Origin: an uncultured Gemmatimonadales bacterium
Lineage (GTDB): Bacteria; Gemmatimonadota; Gemmatimonadetes; JACCXV01; JAHWKZ01
Assembly (NCBI GenBank): GCA_964619975.1
Contig: CAZUIY010000061.1
Coordinates: 1 to 61,188, forward strand
Length of the DNA: 61,188 nucleotides
Direction: 5' to 3'
Part shown: positions 19,059 through 30,070 of the stretch, in pieces
Position numbering within the stretch: position 1 is the stretch's first letter
How the letters are laid out: each line of letters starts with the position of its first letter
The notes under the pieces: generated by a model
Databases searched by the model: none
The model's input: only the letters and a program-made list of their open reading frames with translations
Told to the model about the DNA's origin: nothing
Position numbers and translations under genes: made by a program

Positions 19059-19582
19059 TATAGTAGTTTTTTGATGATGTAATTTTTCAGTTTCCGAACA
19101 GGACTTTTCTTTGATTCCACGTACTTCGCAAAGTCGTCAAAGTCCTTTGCAATAATCTGTTCTTCGAGTTCTTTCAAGTCCCTTGTGTTGGTTGGATTCT
19201 CGTGTACCGTAATCCAAACCAAGTCTGTTTTTGCAATCAAAGCCCGTTTTGTTCCGGCATCCGAAATCATAGCCAGAGGCCCAATCAAATATTCCTTTCC
19301 CCTGCCTTCAGTAATAACCACCACTTCTCCACTCATTAAAAAGTTTGGGTGTTGGTGCTTATGAATCTTTCCGGTCAACACAGTTCCGGCAGGAATAGAA
19401 ATCTGACGGACATACATATTCTCGGAGAACATGTGTTTGAGAGGACACAAAGGAGTATCGCCTTCAAACGACCCTTTGGACTTACGAATAGCATCTTCAA
19501 GCCTGCTGATACCCTCTTTGAAATCGGGTGCATCTTTTAGTTTGTCGATGTGGTTTTCGCTATGCTTTTCTACTCCTTCCAT
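19058..19582 (-). CDS. Cupin-fold protein of the tail/ejection module
   Basis: LKHMF..MYVRQISIPAGTVLTGKIHKHQH.NFLMSGEV..WITVHEN. Confidence 0.75.
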   Translation of the reverse strand: MEGVEKHSENHIDKLKDAPDFKEGISRLEDAIRKSKGSFEGDTPLCPLKHMFSENMYVRQISIPAGTVLTGKIHKHQHPNFLMSGEVVVITEGRGKEYLIGPLAMISDAGTKRALIAKTDLVWITVHENPTNTRDLKELEEQIIAKDFDDFAKYVESKKSPVRKLKNYIIKKLL

Positions 19583-22500
19583 TACGTAGATTTAATAGTG
19601 TATTCGCTGTCCTTGTGCTCCAAAGATACCGCAAATAGTTCAAATTTATTTTGCACTCCAAACGTCAGTTCTACAATAAAATACTGGCCCCGCATATCGT
19701 CTCCATTGATAATCGGATCTTCAACACCAGGAGTTAATTCGTTCTGCCATACAGATGCAAAAAACTGATCTTCCTGATACTCCCAATCGTCATTTCCCTC
19801 GAATAATGACGTGCGCTGACCACCTTTGTACGGTGAGGTGATTACTACTTCTTTTGGCTCCACAACATCGGCGTTCATCATTATACCGATTCCCTGTAAG
19901 AATTTAACTGCTTGTGGCCTTTGGTTGAACACCAGAGTAATCTTGCTGTCCTGAGCGGGTTCGTTGTCGTAGAACTGATTCCAGTTCTCATTTCTGTCAT
20001 GAATGTAAAGTTGGCCCTGCTTCCATGACACGAGTTTGTTTCGGTGGTTTCCCATTACATCAGGAAAAAATGGATAGTCCGTAACCCAACCTTTTTTATG
20101 TTCAGAATACGCCAAAGTTCGACCAAGAAAAACATTAAATCCGAACTCACTGTCCTCATCAACATACAGGAATCCCGGAACATGAACTATCAACTCTCCG
20201 TACTTCGGATCAAACGCTGTTAGAATATAAAGCGGAGATCCCTGACGACCCATGTAATCAGAAACAGTATTCCAGAAATCATCAATACCAAACTTTGAAA
20301 TTGGTGTAATCTCCCTACCTACCAACCGCAAGAATACACCGTTCTGAATCGATGGAAAATAAAACACACCTCCCCAATAAGTCAAGGATTCTCTAAAATT
20401 TCCAATTCCAAAACTCCCCGGAACGTAATTTATGTTACCAAGAACATTATCAGAGCGCATTATCATAGAAGACCCTGTAGCACTTAAAAGTTCCAGTGCT
20501 CTCACTGGTATCATTCCCGTTCCGAGCTCCTGAAAAACATACAAATAATCCTCTGGACATTCTAAACGCTGAATAAATCCACTCAGTTCATCGGGCTCAT
20601 CGCTTACATTGCCATCAAAAAACCGATTCAAACCGTTATTGTCCCCAAGTATGAAATCTGAATATCGTATCAATTCTTTTTTCCACGCTCTTTTTGCGTC
20701 TGGATTATACCTGTTAGCAGTACCAGGACCCCACCCATAAGAAGGATAAAAATCCGAGAACGACGAAGACTCAACTGTTCTGGTCTTGGATTTTGAACTA
20801 CTTAAAATCTTGCTGCGACCAATAACATACGCATCTCCTGTATTTTTTAATAATATCTCAGCGAATGGACTTGCCGACCCCGGGGTGTTTGACCCTTGGT
20901 TCAATCGGTTTCCATGATGCTGCGTCCCTGTCACCTTAAACGCCTGACCTATTTCATGGTATAAAACCTGATCTGTTGCTGCCTGATCCTTTGGAGTATA
21001 AACTTCTACGAGCGAACCCCTGCCAAACTGGGCAACATCTACGTAAGGCAACAACGACAGTTTATCCACTAAAAGCACGAGTCCAAACACCTCACCACTA
21101 TAAGACGCTGAATCCGTACCATCTCCAATGATTTCTATATCTACAAAAGTTTCTGCTTCTACATCTTCATCCGGATCGCCTGAACCAGAATCCTGATCTC
21201 CTGTCCAATACGTTACGAATCTTAGTCTATCTCCTTTTGTCCATGAATACGAAACATTACTACGTCCATCTACATCCGTAATGGTATTAAACGAACCAAT
21301 ATTATTTTGCCTATTATAAACAATAGTTCGGGACGAAAGAGCTATTTTAATTGCATCACCACCTTCTTCTATCCACGCAACTTCAAACGTAAGCCAATCT
21401 TGCATTGTGGCGTTCCCTGCATACATAAACTGATAATGGGTAGCCCAAGACGGGGCTGCACTCAATATCCGAATCAACATCGTTAATCCAAACGGCGAAG
21501 ACGCAAGGTTTTCATTGAAATATGGGATATAATGTATCTCCGGCTTCGTTACTGTAGCCCTACGACCCACGGAATCCCTGTACTCAATTGCCAGCGGATG
21601 ATTAGCTCCCATCTTAAAACCTCTACGACCGGCTGAATTAATTCCGGTAGCTTTCGTAATCATCCTGTTTACTCCGACCAGGCGATACCAGTTCCGTAAC
21701 TTGTCGAGTGATACTGTTCCTGCAAATGCACTTTGCCCCTGATCTGAAAAATCAAATTCTGCTACCAATGCTGTCGGACGAATCCGAAGCACAGGAGGAT
21801 AACCTGACGCAGTTGTGGTTTCCATTCCAACTGCAACGGTTGTAGTTTTACTTCTCCATGAACTCGGACCTCCCGAAGATAATTCCGACCATGTAGACAA
21901 TATGATTTCTACTTCAGTATTCAGGCTTTCAGAAGCCAATATCTCGGCTTCAAAGTAGTCCCTGATTTGTTCTGCGGTTTCTCCACCCTCACATTGGAAT
22001 GTGAATGTATCCGAAAGATACACGTATGAAGGATTGGGATCATCAAAAAACCTGCGGTATGACAACACCCCTAAATGATTCTGAGAAGAAAACGGAGAAC
22101 TCGTTACCTGAGCTATACCATCCTCCGGAGTAAGTCCGGGGAATTGTTGCAGCCATACCAAATGTCTTGATACCCTGAAATTAACTGTTATTGAAATTAC
22201 TGATCCCGCAACCGCCTCATACCCATCTGCTACAACTCCAAAGGGAGCCACATTGAAATACATATTGAGCCAACCCGTACCACTCAGAAAATCCGAGAAA
22301 GAATCCAACGCTTCCCAATCTGTTGGAAACGGAATTGTTAAAGGCTGACCTTCTGAAAATGTATATATCGGTAATCCCGCAGGTGAAATCTCTGCTGCAT
22401 ATAGCGACTCTGAACCAAGAGTGTTAAGATATAAATCATTATCGTTCCTGTTTCTCGGAAACATAATCGTAGACTGTATTGGCAGTCCGTCCAATGTTGT

Positions 22501-23970
22501 TGGAGCTTCAGATCCAGAAAACTGGACCGATAAAAACGGTTGGTCTACCTGGATTTGATTAAACGTATCAATCTCAACTTCTGCATCCACCTGGTCAAAC
22601 CCTTCTTCACACGCTCCAATTACATTTCTTTTATCCTTGATGAAACAAAAAGCGTTGCCAACATGCGGAATATAATCCATTGGTTGCGTTCCTACAGCTA
22701 CAGGTATATTGACTCTCACCTCATCTCCATAAAACTGGAAATTGTAACTGCTTTCAGAAGGAATTTCTAAATCTTCTTTTTTGAATTGACGAACCAACGC
22801 CCAATCCTGATTTACTTCATTTGACGACTCCCTGACAAGTAGTTCAACCGCTACAACATCATGTCCCCCGGTGTCAAACCACAAGTTAATAAAATTGTCC
22901 CGCCATACAGGTAAGTCATGGAACGGTACGTTCTGCTCAAATAACGGCGTAATAATGTCATTTATCGGTGACGGCACAGATCGCATTCCGTTAGGATATA
23001 CGTATCTGGTTTTAAATTGGTACAGGTGTCCTCGAAGTGTGTTTGTCCCCCTGCTTTCATCTGAGCCATACCTTCCAAAGACAGGAAACGGCGGGTTCGA
23101 ACGATACAGTTTTATATAGTCCTCCTGAAATGGTAATGTGAATTTACGGTCAGGGCTGTAGATGTATATCTTTCCTCCGATGTATGAAATATCACCATCA
23201 GAGTTCTGAACAAAATCCTGAACACCTGTCGGGGCCAGTACTATTCCCATAGAGTTGTCGGGTCCAATACCTGCTACCTCGTGCATCCCGCTATACGAAG
23301 GATTTGGATCGTAGTTGTGATACCTTGCCAATAAACCATCTTCAGGTACAGCGTCATGATCGAGCCATGCGCTACGCCAATCCCTGACTACCGTAACTAC
23401 ATCGCCAACCAAAAAAGGAGCGGGAGTATCGCCTTCAAACACTACCCCTGCATACCAAAAACTCCCTGCTTTTGTAGCGTTGAACTCCCATATTTCCGCA
23501 TCATCAAATAAAATACATTCTTCAAGATCAAGCCTGCGGACTTCATTGAAAGCATCATTGAAAAATAGTTGACCCTTCTCCTTGTTTTTAACATACCCAA
23601 TAATCTGCGCCTCAATAACCTTTGTTGGACTCTGAAAATTAAGTTCCGGAGTACGGAGTACAACAGTAAACACGTTTGAAGTCGTCCCGTGTTGGTATTT
23701 AATTATTTGATGTTCAGATAAACTATTGTAAACAAAAAAGTAAATACTATTGTCTTCCTCGTGACTGTACTGACCGATGCACAGATTCACCCCTGCAGGT
23801 AAGTTAAACTGCTGCTTCTCACTCCCACGTATGGGTTCAATCACCCCAACTTGCTCTCCTGTGCTCCCTGAGTTTCGAATGTTTAAGGCATACTGATAAT
23901 CCCCGTCCTGAATAAACTGAGGGGCTTTATCGTTATCGAGTTTTCCAAAGGTATTTTTGATCTCGGCCAT
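19582..23970 (-). CDS. Tail muzzle/stabilisation protein (P22 gp10/crAss muzzle-like)
   Basis: 1462 aa; N-terminal F.KLDND..P..I.DGDY..ALNIR; C-terminal SFG.G..ES..YFP and W..Y.F.PD motifs; follows the ring proteins. Confidence 0.75.
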   Translation of the reverse strand: MAEIKNTFGKLDNDKAPQFIQDGDYQYALNIRNSGSTGEQVGVIEPIRGSEKQQFNLPAGVNLCIGQYSHEEDNSIYFFVYNSLSEHQIIKYQHGTTSNVFTVVLRTPELNFQSPTKVIEAQIIGYVKNKEKGQLFFNDAFNEVRRLDLEECILFDDAEIWEFNATKAGSFWYAGVVFEGDTPAPFLVGDVVTVVRDWRSAWLDHDAVPEDGLLARYHNYDPNPSYSGMHEVAGIGPDNSMGIVLAPTGVQDFVQNSDGDISYIGGKIYIYSPDRKFTLPFQEDYIKLYRSNPPFPVFGRYGSDESRGTNTLRGHLYQFKTRYVYPNGMRSVPSPINDIITPLFEQNVPFHDLPVWRDNFINLWFDTGGHDVVAVELLVRESSNEVNQDWALVRQFKKEDLEIPSESSYNFQFYGDEVRVNIPVAVGTQPMDYIPHVGNAFCFIKDKRNVIGACEEGFDQVDAEVEIDTFNQIQVDQPFLSVQFSGSEAPTTLDGLPIQSTIMFPRNRNDNDLYLNTLGSESLYAAEISPAGLPIYTFSEGQPLTIPFPTDWEALDSFSDFLSGTGWLNMYFNVAPFGVVADGYEAVAGSVISITVNFRVSRHLVWLQQFPGLTPEDGIAQVTSSPFSSQNHLGVLSYRRFFDDPNPSYVYLSDTFTFQCEGGETAEQIRDYFEAEILASESLNTEVEIILSTWSELSSGGPSSWRSKTTTVAVGMETTTASGYPPVLRIRPTALVAEFDFSDQGQSAFAGTVSLDKLRNWYRLVGVNRMITKATGINSAGRRGFKMGANHPLAIEYRDSVGRRATVTKPEIHYIPYFNENLASSPFGLTMLIRILSAAPSWATHYQFMYAGNATMQDWLTFEVAWIEEGGDAIKIALSSRTIVYNRQNNIGSFNTITDVDGRSNVSYSWTKGDRLRFVTYWTGDQDSGSGDPDEDVEAETFVDIEIIGDGTDSASYSGEVFGLVLLVDKLSLLPYVDVAQFGRGSLVEVYTPKDQAATDQVLYHEIGQAFKVTGTQHHGNRLNQGSNTPGSASPFAEILLKNTGDAYVIGRSKILSSSKSKTRTVESSSFSDFYPSYGWGPGTANRYNPDAKRAWKKELIRYSDFILGDNNGLNRFFDGNVSDEPDELSGFIQRLECPEDYLYVFQELGTGMIPVRALELLSATGSSMIMRSDNVLGNINYVPGSFGIGNFRESLTYWGGVFYFPSIQNGVFLRLVGREITPISKFGIDDFWNTVSDYMGRQGSPLYILTAFDPKYGELIVHVPGFLYVDEDSEFGFNVFLGRTLAYSEHKKGWVTDYPFFPDVMGNHRNKLVSWKQGQLYIHDRNENWNQFYDNEPAQDSKITLVFNQRPQAVKFLQGIGIMMNADVVEPKEVVITSPYKGGQRTSLFEGNDDWEYQEDQFFASVWQNELTPGVEDPIINGDDMRGQYFIVELTFGVQNKFELFAVSLEHKDSEYTIKST

Positions 23971-24674
23971 TACTTTCGAATTGCATTGAGAATATCCTGT
24001 GGTTTAATCGGGTTGTTCTTCATTCTGGCCCTACGCTTCTCCTGAACCCATCTTCGGTGTCTCCATTGCATATCCACCCCGGAGCGACCTCTTTCTGACA
24101 TTTCCGATCTACGCATTTCTATGTAGTACTTTATTGCCGGGGCATCGTTTGGAAATACCAAGTAATCTCCATCCTGCTCATACAAGTCGCCTTCGTAAAT
24201 CAAAATAATTTCATCAATAGCAATCCCGAGCTCCTGGATCACGAAATATCCTTTATCATAGTATGGTTTGAAAAATCCTGCGTTTCCGTAACTCATTCCC
24301 CTGCCACGACCGTAAATATCGTGTCCCCCCATAAAGTATCCCACTTGTCGGCCCCTGTTCACTCTTTGTAGATCACCGCAATCATCGGTCATAGGCGGGC
24401 ACATATCGGGGCTGAACGTAAGACCAACAATACTCCCCTCGCAACACAAACCTACGTAATGGTAGTCGTGAAAATCTTGGGGGAAAGAGACTGTTCCGCT
24501 TTCCTGAACCGGTAGTTTTACTGTTTTGGTGTACCAACCCGCTGCTGCAGTTTCTGTTTTCAGTTCCCTCACGGCCTCAATACCTAATTGAAGAAACGAC
24601 ACAAACCGTTGGTCAATGTTGGATATCTCCTTGGCCACCATGTACTCTTTTACGATATCTGAAAGTTTATACAT
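23970..24674 (-). CDS. Tail ring/adaptor protein
   Basis: Third of three roughly 200-250-aa genes before the muzzle; KTVKLPV..VSFP.DF..Y motif. Confidence 0.65.
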   Translation of the reverse strand: MYKLSDIVKEYMVAKEISNIDQRFVSFLQLGIEAVRELKTETAAAGWYTKTVKLPVQESGTVSFPQDFHDYHYVGLCCEGSIVGLTFSPDMCPPMTDDCGDLQRVNRGRQVGYFMGGHDIYGRGRGMSYGNAGFFKPYYDKGYFVIQELGIAIDEIILIYEGDLYEQDGDYLVFPNDAPAIKYYIEMRRSEMSERGRSGVDMQWRHRRWVQEKRRARMKNNPIKPQDILNAIRK

Positions 24675-24676
24675 CT

Positions 24677-25297
24677 CTAAACTGGTTGGTCTATATCGTC
24701 TTTTGTTTCGTCTGCCTGCACCTGAAGTGAAGCCCCCATGGCTTGAAGTGTCATGTTGATCACCATGGCTTGTAAGTTCGCGGGAATCATCATGTATGCC
24801 TCCACATCTGCGTCCATTATCGGAGTCAGCATTTGAATCACTACTTTGCCCGGAGGCTCAAGCCCCAAAGTATTTTCTGCGAAGTATCCTTTATCACCAA
24901 GCACGTAGAACCCCATTCGGCCTCCGAGTTGATTTACTTTTAACCCTGCTGTCAGCGAATTGAATCCAGCAGGCAGAGGAACGTAGCTTTCAGATTTCAG
25001 GTTTTTCATTACCCTGATGCCTTGACCATGGGGTGCACTACTTATCGCTGCCGGAAGGTCGAAGTATTTACCGTGTTCGCTATCCAGTACGGGTTGATCG
25101 AAAAAGGTGTAGTACAGCGATCCGTCATAACTGGAAACGCCATCTACCTGAATGTCCTGAAGTCTTTTTTTTTCGGCAAGATCAGCCAAAGACTGTTGAA
25201 CCGCGATGATGCAGTCGTTCTCTGTAATATCAGAATCAGAGGTGAATTTCTTCAACCTGTCCAGTACCTGTTGTCCTAATGTTCGTGTCGTTATCAT
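24677..25297 (-). CDS. Tail ring/adaptor protein
   Basis: Size and position; YFDLP.. and IP..L...VI features of crAss-like ring proteins. Confidence 0.6.
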   Translation of the reverse strand: MITTRTLGQQVLDRLKKFTSDSDITENDCIIAVQQSLADLAEKKRLQDIQVDGVSSYDGSLYYTFFDQPVLDSEHGKYFDLPAAISSAPHGQGIRVMKNLKSESYVPLPAGFNSLTAGLKVNQLGGRMGFYVLGDKGYFAENTLGLEPPGKVVIQMLTPIMDADVEAYMMIPANLQAMVINMTLQAMGASLQVQADETKDDIDQPV

Positions 25298-26046
25298 ACT
25301 CTACCTCCTTCTTCTCTACGTTCTGAAACCTGAACCATGAATGGATCTCTTTCTCTGACTCCCATCATGTACAGCATTCTTTCTTTGAGTAGTCCTGTCA
25401 TGTGGTCTGGAATTTCTATATCTACTGATGTGGCGGGGTCGTAAACCGGTCGTCTTTGATTTGCAGGTAAAGTGTTGTCAACTGTGAATCCCCAAAATGG
25501 CCGCTGTGGTTCTTTGAGGTACACGAGCTCCACGTAATTTGCTGTTGGGTAAATGATGTATTCGGTGTTGTCAAGTTCTGCAATTGGGTTCTTTAAAGTT
25601 GGTTTGTTGATCTCGGAATCCAGCCTTCGTTGGATGTCGCGGCTTGGGATTATTTTGACTTCTCGCTTGTCTGCTTGGCTGGAACCAGGAGCGATGTAGT
25701 AGCATAAAATCTTATCCATTCTACGCATGGCCGGAACAACCTGCCCATCGGTGTTTAGCACTGTCTGTCCATCCGGGACCGGAATCCTGTTTTGAGTAAC
25801 AGCGATAGTCTCGCGCGTCATTAAGTATCTCTCTGCTTCAGTAACATCACGGCCTTTTGCTGATGCTACTATTGCAACGGGTCGGCCCTGTTGGTATTCT
25901 TGTGGCCGGCCAAGTAAATAATTGTACACCTCAGTCAAACTATCTGCCAGAAACGAGTTCAAGTCCTGTGGTTTTGGCTTGAAGCCTATAACCTCCTTGT
26001 TGGCTTGTGCCAGTACAGATTGTATGAAAGTGTTGACGTTTATCAT
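25294..26046 (-). CDS. Tail ring/adaptor protein
   Basis: MINVNT..ANKE..P.D.N.F..YLK.P..P.WG..Y..ATSVDIE.P..L...L..MGV pattern of crAss-like ring proteins. Confidence 0.7.
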   Translation of the reverse strand: MINVNTFIQSVLAQANKEVIGFKPKPQDLNSFLADSLTEVYNYLLGRPQEYQQGRPVAIVASAKGRDVTEAERYLMTRETIAVTQNRIPVPDGQTVLNTDGQVVPAMRRMDKILCYYIAPGSSQADKREVKIIPSRDIQRRLDSEINKPTLKNPIAELDNTEYIIYPTANYVELVYLKEPQRPFWGFTVDNTLPANQRRPVYDPATSVDIEIPDHMTGLLKERMLYMMGVRERDPFMVQVSERREEGGRV

Positions 26047-28346
26047 TAGAGTTGAATGACTTTTTCAACGATAGAATAAACTGTAGATTCATCCAAACGA
26101 ACAATGATAACCTCGCAATAATCTCCATTATCCCCATCCAAGGTTAATTGTCCCGTGAACTCCGAGTCAGACGGAGAGCTATCATCCCAAAATACAGGAG
26201 GAATTAAAATACTTCCATCGACAGGGCTTGACGCATCTGTTCCTAAAAATGTAATTGCAGTACCTTCTTCCGGTTTTAGTGTTACCCGGTTCAACACAGG
26301 ACTGCAATCAACTAATGAATCAATTGTTTCAGTGCTATTTGCACTTTCCAATAAAATCACGCCATAAATATCTTGATTCAATAAACTTAATTCCGTTTCC
26401 GATGTTACATCCACAGGAATCGGTAGGTCACTCTCTCCGATAGAAACAAGGTTTCCTTCTGATAACACGGATGATATTGTGCTTACAGCGTTAATCGCCC
26501 CGCCCTTACCTGTCAACACTAAACTAAGACCAGAAACTTGCGCCTCAATTGTTAGTTCGGTATGAATAAACGAGTGTATAGTACAATAACTTAATCCTCC
26601 ACTTCCGCTAATATTTAATTTTACTGATGACGCTAATATCAATGAACTCGCCGATCCTGTGTGGAGTTTGACTTCGTTGTGAAATAACACAGCAGCTACG
26701 GATGAATCAAGAAAAACACCTCCACTATAAATAGGAGTTCTCCCTTCTATTGTGTTTCCTCCCGCTCTAAATAAATAACTTTCAGATAGTGTTGATGTTA
26801 AGTACGACCGTTCAAGCATGTTTTCAGTAAAAGATATAATCCCATAAAACACACTTCTATTTATAGCTAAATCTATAAGGTGATTACCGCTAATATTGGT
26901 TTTTCCCCACCAGAAAAAATCAAGAGTACTTATTCCTGCCACCAAAGGAAAAATATCATGGGCAGAGTCACCCATGCTCACTGTATTACCCCTTTGGTCA
27001 GCACGAAACACCACCCTATCGGCGGTGTAATTGAATCTAACATCGTGAACCTCTACTATATAATTAATGTTTGTTGTCCGATCAAGTACGTCCCAATTCG
27101 TTGTATCAGTAGCCGGATTCGTAGAAGTGTTGGTTCCTGTAGTATTTATATACTGTGTTCCGTCTGCGTAAGTACATATTTGTCCAACCGAAGGTGTGAG
27201 TCCTGACCACCAATCACCGATAAAATTGCCTGTCGTGTTCTGATAATCTGGTACAGCAGCGATAAACTGCCCTTCCAGACTAAACCTGTTTGTAGTGATT
27301 GCTGTCAGGATAAGCCCTCTATCCCCTCTGTCGGTAATTAAGTATTGAGTTCCCGGCACAAGTGTAGAAGCAGCAATCGCAGCCAATCCCTGCCCATAAG
27401 TCATTTCAAGTAAACCTCCCGCAGCAGCACCGCCACTTCGCATCAACTCAATAAACACGCCTGATATGTGTCGGAACAAAATGTAATTCCCGACATCTGA
27501 ATTACTGATAAAGGATGCCGCATCTTTCAACAAAAAATTCCCGTTCTCATTTTCTTCGAATGTAATCGTGGTATCCGAATCTTCTGCACAGACATACACC
27601 AGATCATTGTCTGCATAGCCTTGTGGGTTAATCCCAATACAGGTATCGGAATCCCCCGACTGAGATTGTAGCTTTACGAAGCTGATCGCCCCCACTCGCG
27701 AAGTAGTTGCGATATCATCTTCCAACTCTACGATCTGAGCCGGTAACGCCCCATCCAACGTCTGAGGAACTATGAATTTTGTAATTTCTTCGGCTCCCGA
27801 AATTGAAAGCAATGGAGCGTTAGGGTCAGAATCAATGTAAAACTGATACCCATGTGTGGTTGAATAAATCTGTGTTTGGTCAGGAACACCAGAAACAGCA
27901 GTAATTGTAATGGTAATGTCTCCTGAATTACTGACTCCAACCGAGTCCCCATTGATAGCTGTAGAAGCTCCAACAGGAGCATACCCCACCACCAAGTCAC
28001 CGACATTTATTGCCGTATAATTTGGACCTGTCGCAGGAGTGTAATTCATAATCGCCGTAGCAATGGCATTCGCGACATCAATTTCTTCTCCTACATCGTA
28101 ATTTATGGATGTAGGAATTTGGTCAACAGCATTCACTGTAACCGCTGAAATAGTGCCTGAATCCGTGATTTCATCAATCTTAATTGTGAAGGTTCCACGC
28201 TGTCCGAGTGCCAATGCACGAGACTTTAACCCGAGTTCCTTCATTATCCGGACACCATCACGAGTATTGGTGTCTGTAGCTTTAATGATCCCGCCTTGCA
28301 CAGCGTACAAACGACCTTGACCAGTACCTAAGTCTGTGTAACCCAT
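26046..28346 (-). CDS. Tail fibre/structural protein
   Basis: Beta-rich and acidic; LVPGTQYLITD..LILTAI domain and a W...G....Y..NTT..NP.TDTTNW module. Confidence 0.65.
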   Translation of the reverse strand: MGYTDLGTGQGRLYAVQGGIIKATDTNTRDGVRIMKELGLKSRALALGQRGTFTIKIDEITDSGTISAVTVNAVDQIPTSINYDVGEEIDVANAIATAIMNYTPATGPNYTAINVGDLVVGYAPVGASTAINGDSVGVSNSGDITITITAVSGVPDQTQIYSTTHGYQFYIDSDPNAPLLSISGAEEITKFIVPQTLDGALPAQIVELEDDIATTSRVGAISFVKLQSQSGDSDTCIGINPQGYADNDLVYVCAEDSDTTITFEENENGNFLLKDAASFISNSDVGNYILFRHISGVFIELMRSGGAAAGGLLEMTYGQGLAAIAASTLVPGTQYLITDRGDRGLILTAITTNRFSLEGQFIAAVPDYQNTTGNFIGDWWSGLTPSVGQICTYADGTQYINTTGTNTSTNPATDTTNWDVLDRTTNINYIVEVHDVRFNYTADRVVFRADQRGNTVSMGDSAHDIFPLVAGISTLDFFWWGKTNISGNHLIDLAINRSVFYGIISFTENMLERSYLTSTLSESYLFRAGGNTIEGRTPIYSGGVFLDSSVAAVLFHNEVKLHTGSASSLILASSVKLNISGSGGLSYCTIHSFIHTELTIEAQVSGLSLVLTGKGGAINAVSTISSVLSEGNLVSIGESDLPIPVDVTSETELSLLNQDIYGVILLESANSTETIDSLVDCSPVLNRVTLKPEEGTAITFLGTDASSPVDGSILIPPVFWDDSSPSDSEFTGQLTLDGDNGDYCEVIIVRLDESTVYSIVEKVIQL

Positions 28347-30034
28347 TATGTTGTAATTGTTATTTTAGCGTTTATGATGGAATTGGAAGTGTCTGTCATA
28401 AAATCTGCAAGCCATGACCCTGTTATCAGGGTTCCGTCCGCATGCCTGAAACAAATATATGCGGTGTCGGACGTTACATCTTTGTCTATGACCTCAGCTT
28501 CAATTGGTAAATTCCTGTTTGTTGGAGCAACAAGACCCCGATTCCCCATTAAATCTGCCGTAATAAAATAGTCCTCCGAATCTCCTGAAAAGAAATTTGT
28601 CACCGCAAACTGTATAGGGGCGTTTAACCATTCGTTTAGATCAGCAACTCCTGTCACAGCTATAAAGGTATCCGGTGCGGACTGAGTAACCTCCTGTAAC
28701 ACCGTTCCGGTAAGGGATTGATACCTGATTGAGATTGCAGGTAATGCTGTTCCTGTTATTCCGAACTGAAGTTCTACATCCAATCGATTTCCTACAGTCC
28801 CCGCAGCAGCCGACAAATAGAAAGTTGTCACCCCGTTTACGGTGTCTGAGGTTATTGTAATTGAATCATCGGGTGAGTCAATATCGAAAGTCAAAGCGTT
28901 TATCAACTCCAATACTGCGGGGGCAAGACCTACCTGATACGTGTTTGAGCCATCAAAGCTGACTGTGGTCTCTCCCGCTGTTCCGATTACTATGGTATGA
29001 TCTCCGCTCATTCCCAACCCCTGGATGATTGTAGGACCATCTTCACCACAACAATCACAATCATCCGTTGATCCGGCTAATATCAAAATCACATCTCGAT
29101 ACTCTCCTACAAGACTTGTCTTCCCACAGACGAAAGCGTTTCGCATCAACTGTGCAATCGCAGAAGCCGCAAGAAACGGAGTTAAAGCATTGTTCGCTTC
29201 CTTAGCATTCGAACATTTTACAGCAATGTACCGATCATACAATTTTTTCAACGCACAAAATACAGTACAAACATCCTGCGGGTTATCAATATCTTCTTTC
29301 TTCTTCAGGTAGATTTCTGTGACAACATACAGGGCATCATTCGCGCTGGTTTGCGTTGTTGGTGACGTTCCCGATACATTTGTGTGTGGAACCGCTGCCG
29401 GATAAGTGTACAACAATTCATTACTGAGTTCAAACACGTATTCCAAACCGCCTACTTGTCCACCAAACACAGACGTTTGAACAACTGGCCCTGTACTCGT
29501 TGTAACCGCCGGAACAGGATCAAGAGCATTCGAAGGAATGATTTTGTTCTCCCTATCCATGGTAGGAGTAACTCCACCGACTACATAATTTGTAGCATCT
29601 ACCGACTTCAAAAGTGGTATGAAATAATCGATTGTTACTGTCAGAGCCGGAGTCGGGGTTACAAAATCAAGATCAACTTCATAATCCACTACGTCAATCG
29701 CCTCCACAACTTCTCCCGACACGTCTACCCAATACCGCGAACGTCTCAACTGGTAGGTTCCCTGAACAACCGCACTCGCAGAATCCAACAAAAGGTTCAT
29801 CGCAAACTCAGGGTCTGAGTCAGGATACATGTCAAGTTCTGTGGTACTGGTGTTGTTGTGAGTGGTGATTCCTGCCGGAGAAATGAGCCTGTAATTAACT
29901 CCTATTTGCGTGGCTCCTGCCGGTGGAGTGAGGCCGCTGTAATCGTTGGTATCCTCGGTTTGCAGTTCTTTTTCAATAAAGTCTGCGATAATCTTTAAGC
30001 CAGTCATGCTTCGTCGGTTTGCCCAAAAGTACAA
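28346..30034 (-). CDS. Structural protein (fibre-attachment/hub-like)
   Basis: Beta-rich, with a central Cys cluster (VCTVFC..KC..CG..CDCC); the real start is probably the ATG at 30007. Confidence 0.6.
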   Translation of the reverse strand: MYFWANRRSMTGLKIIADFIEKELQTEDTNDYSGLTPPAGATQIGVNYRLISPAGITTHNNTSTTELDMYPDSDPEFAMNLLLDSASAVVQGTYQLRRSRYWVDVSGEVVEAIDVVDYEVDLDFVTPTPALTVTIDYFIPLLKSVDATNYVVGGVTPTMDRENKIIPSNALDPVPAVTTSTGPVVQTSVFGGQVGGLEYVFELSNELLYTYPAAVPHTNVSGTSPTTQTSANDALYVVTEIYLKKKEDIDNPQDVCTVFCALKKLYDRYIAVKCSNAKEANNALTPFLAASAIAQLMRNAFVCGKTSLVGEYRDVILILAGSTDDCDCCGEDGPTIIQGLGMSGDHTIVIGTAGETTVSFDGSNTYQVGLAPAVLELINALTFDIDSPDDSITITSDTVNGVTTFYLSAAAGTVGNRLDVELQFGITGTALPAISIRYQSLTGTVLQEVTQSAPDTFIAVTGVADLNEWLNAPIQFAVTNFFSGDSEDYFITADLMGNRGLVAPTNRNLPIEAEVIDKDVTSDTAYICFRHADGTLITGSWLADFMTDTSNSIINAKITITT

Positions 30035-30070
30035 ATTTCCGAACGAAGTTGTTAAAAAATGTTAATTCCG

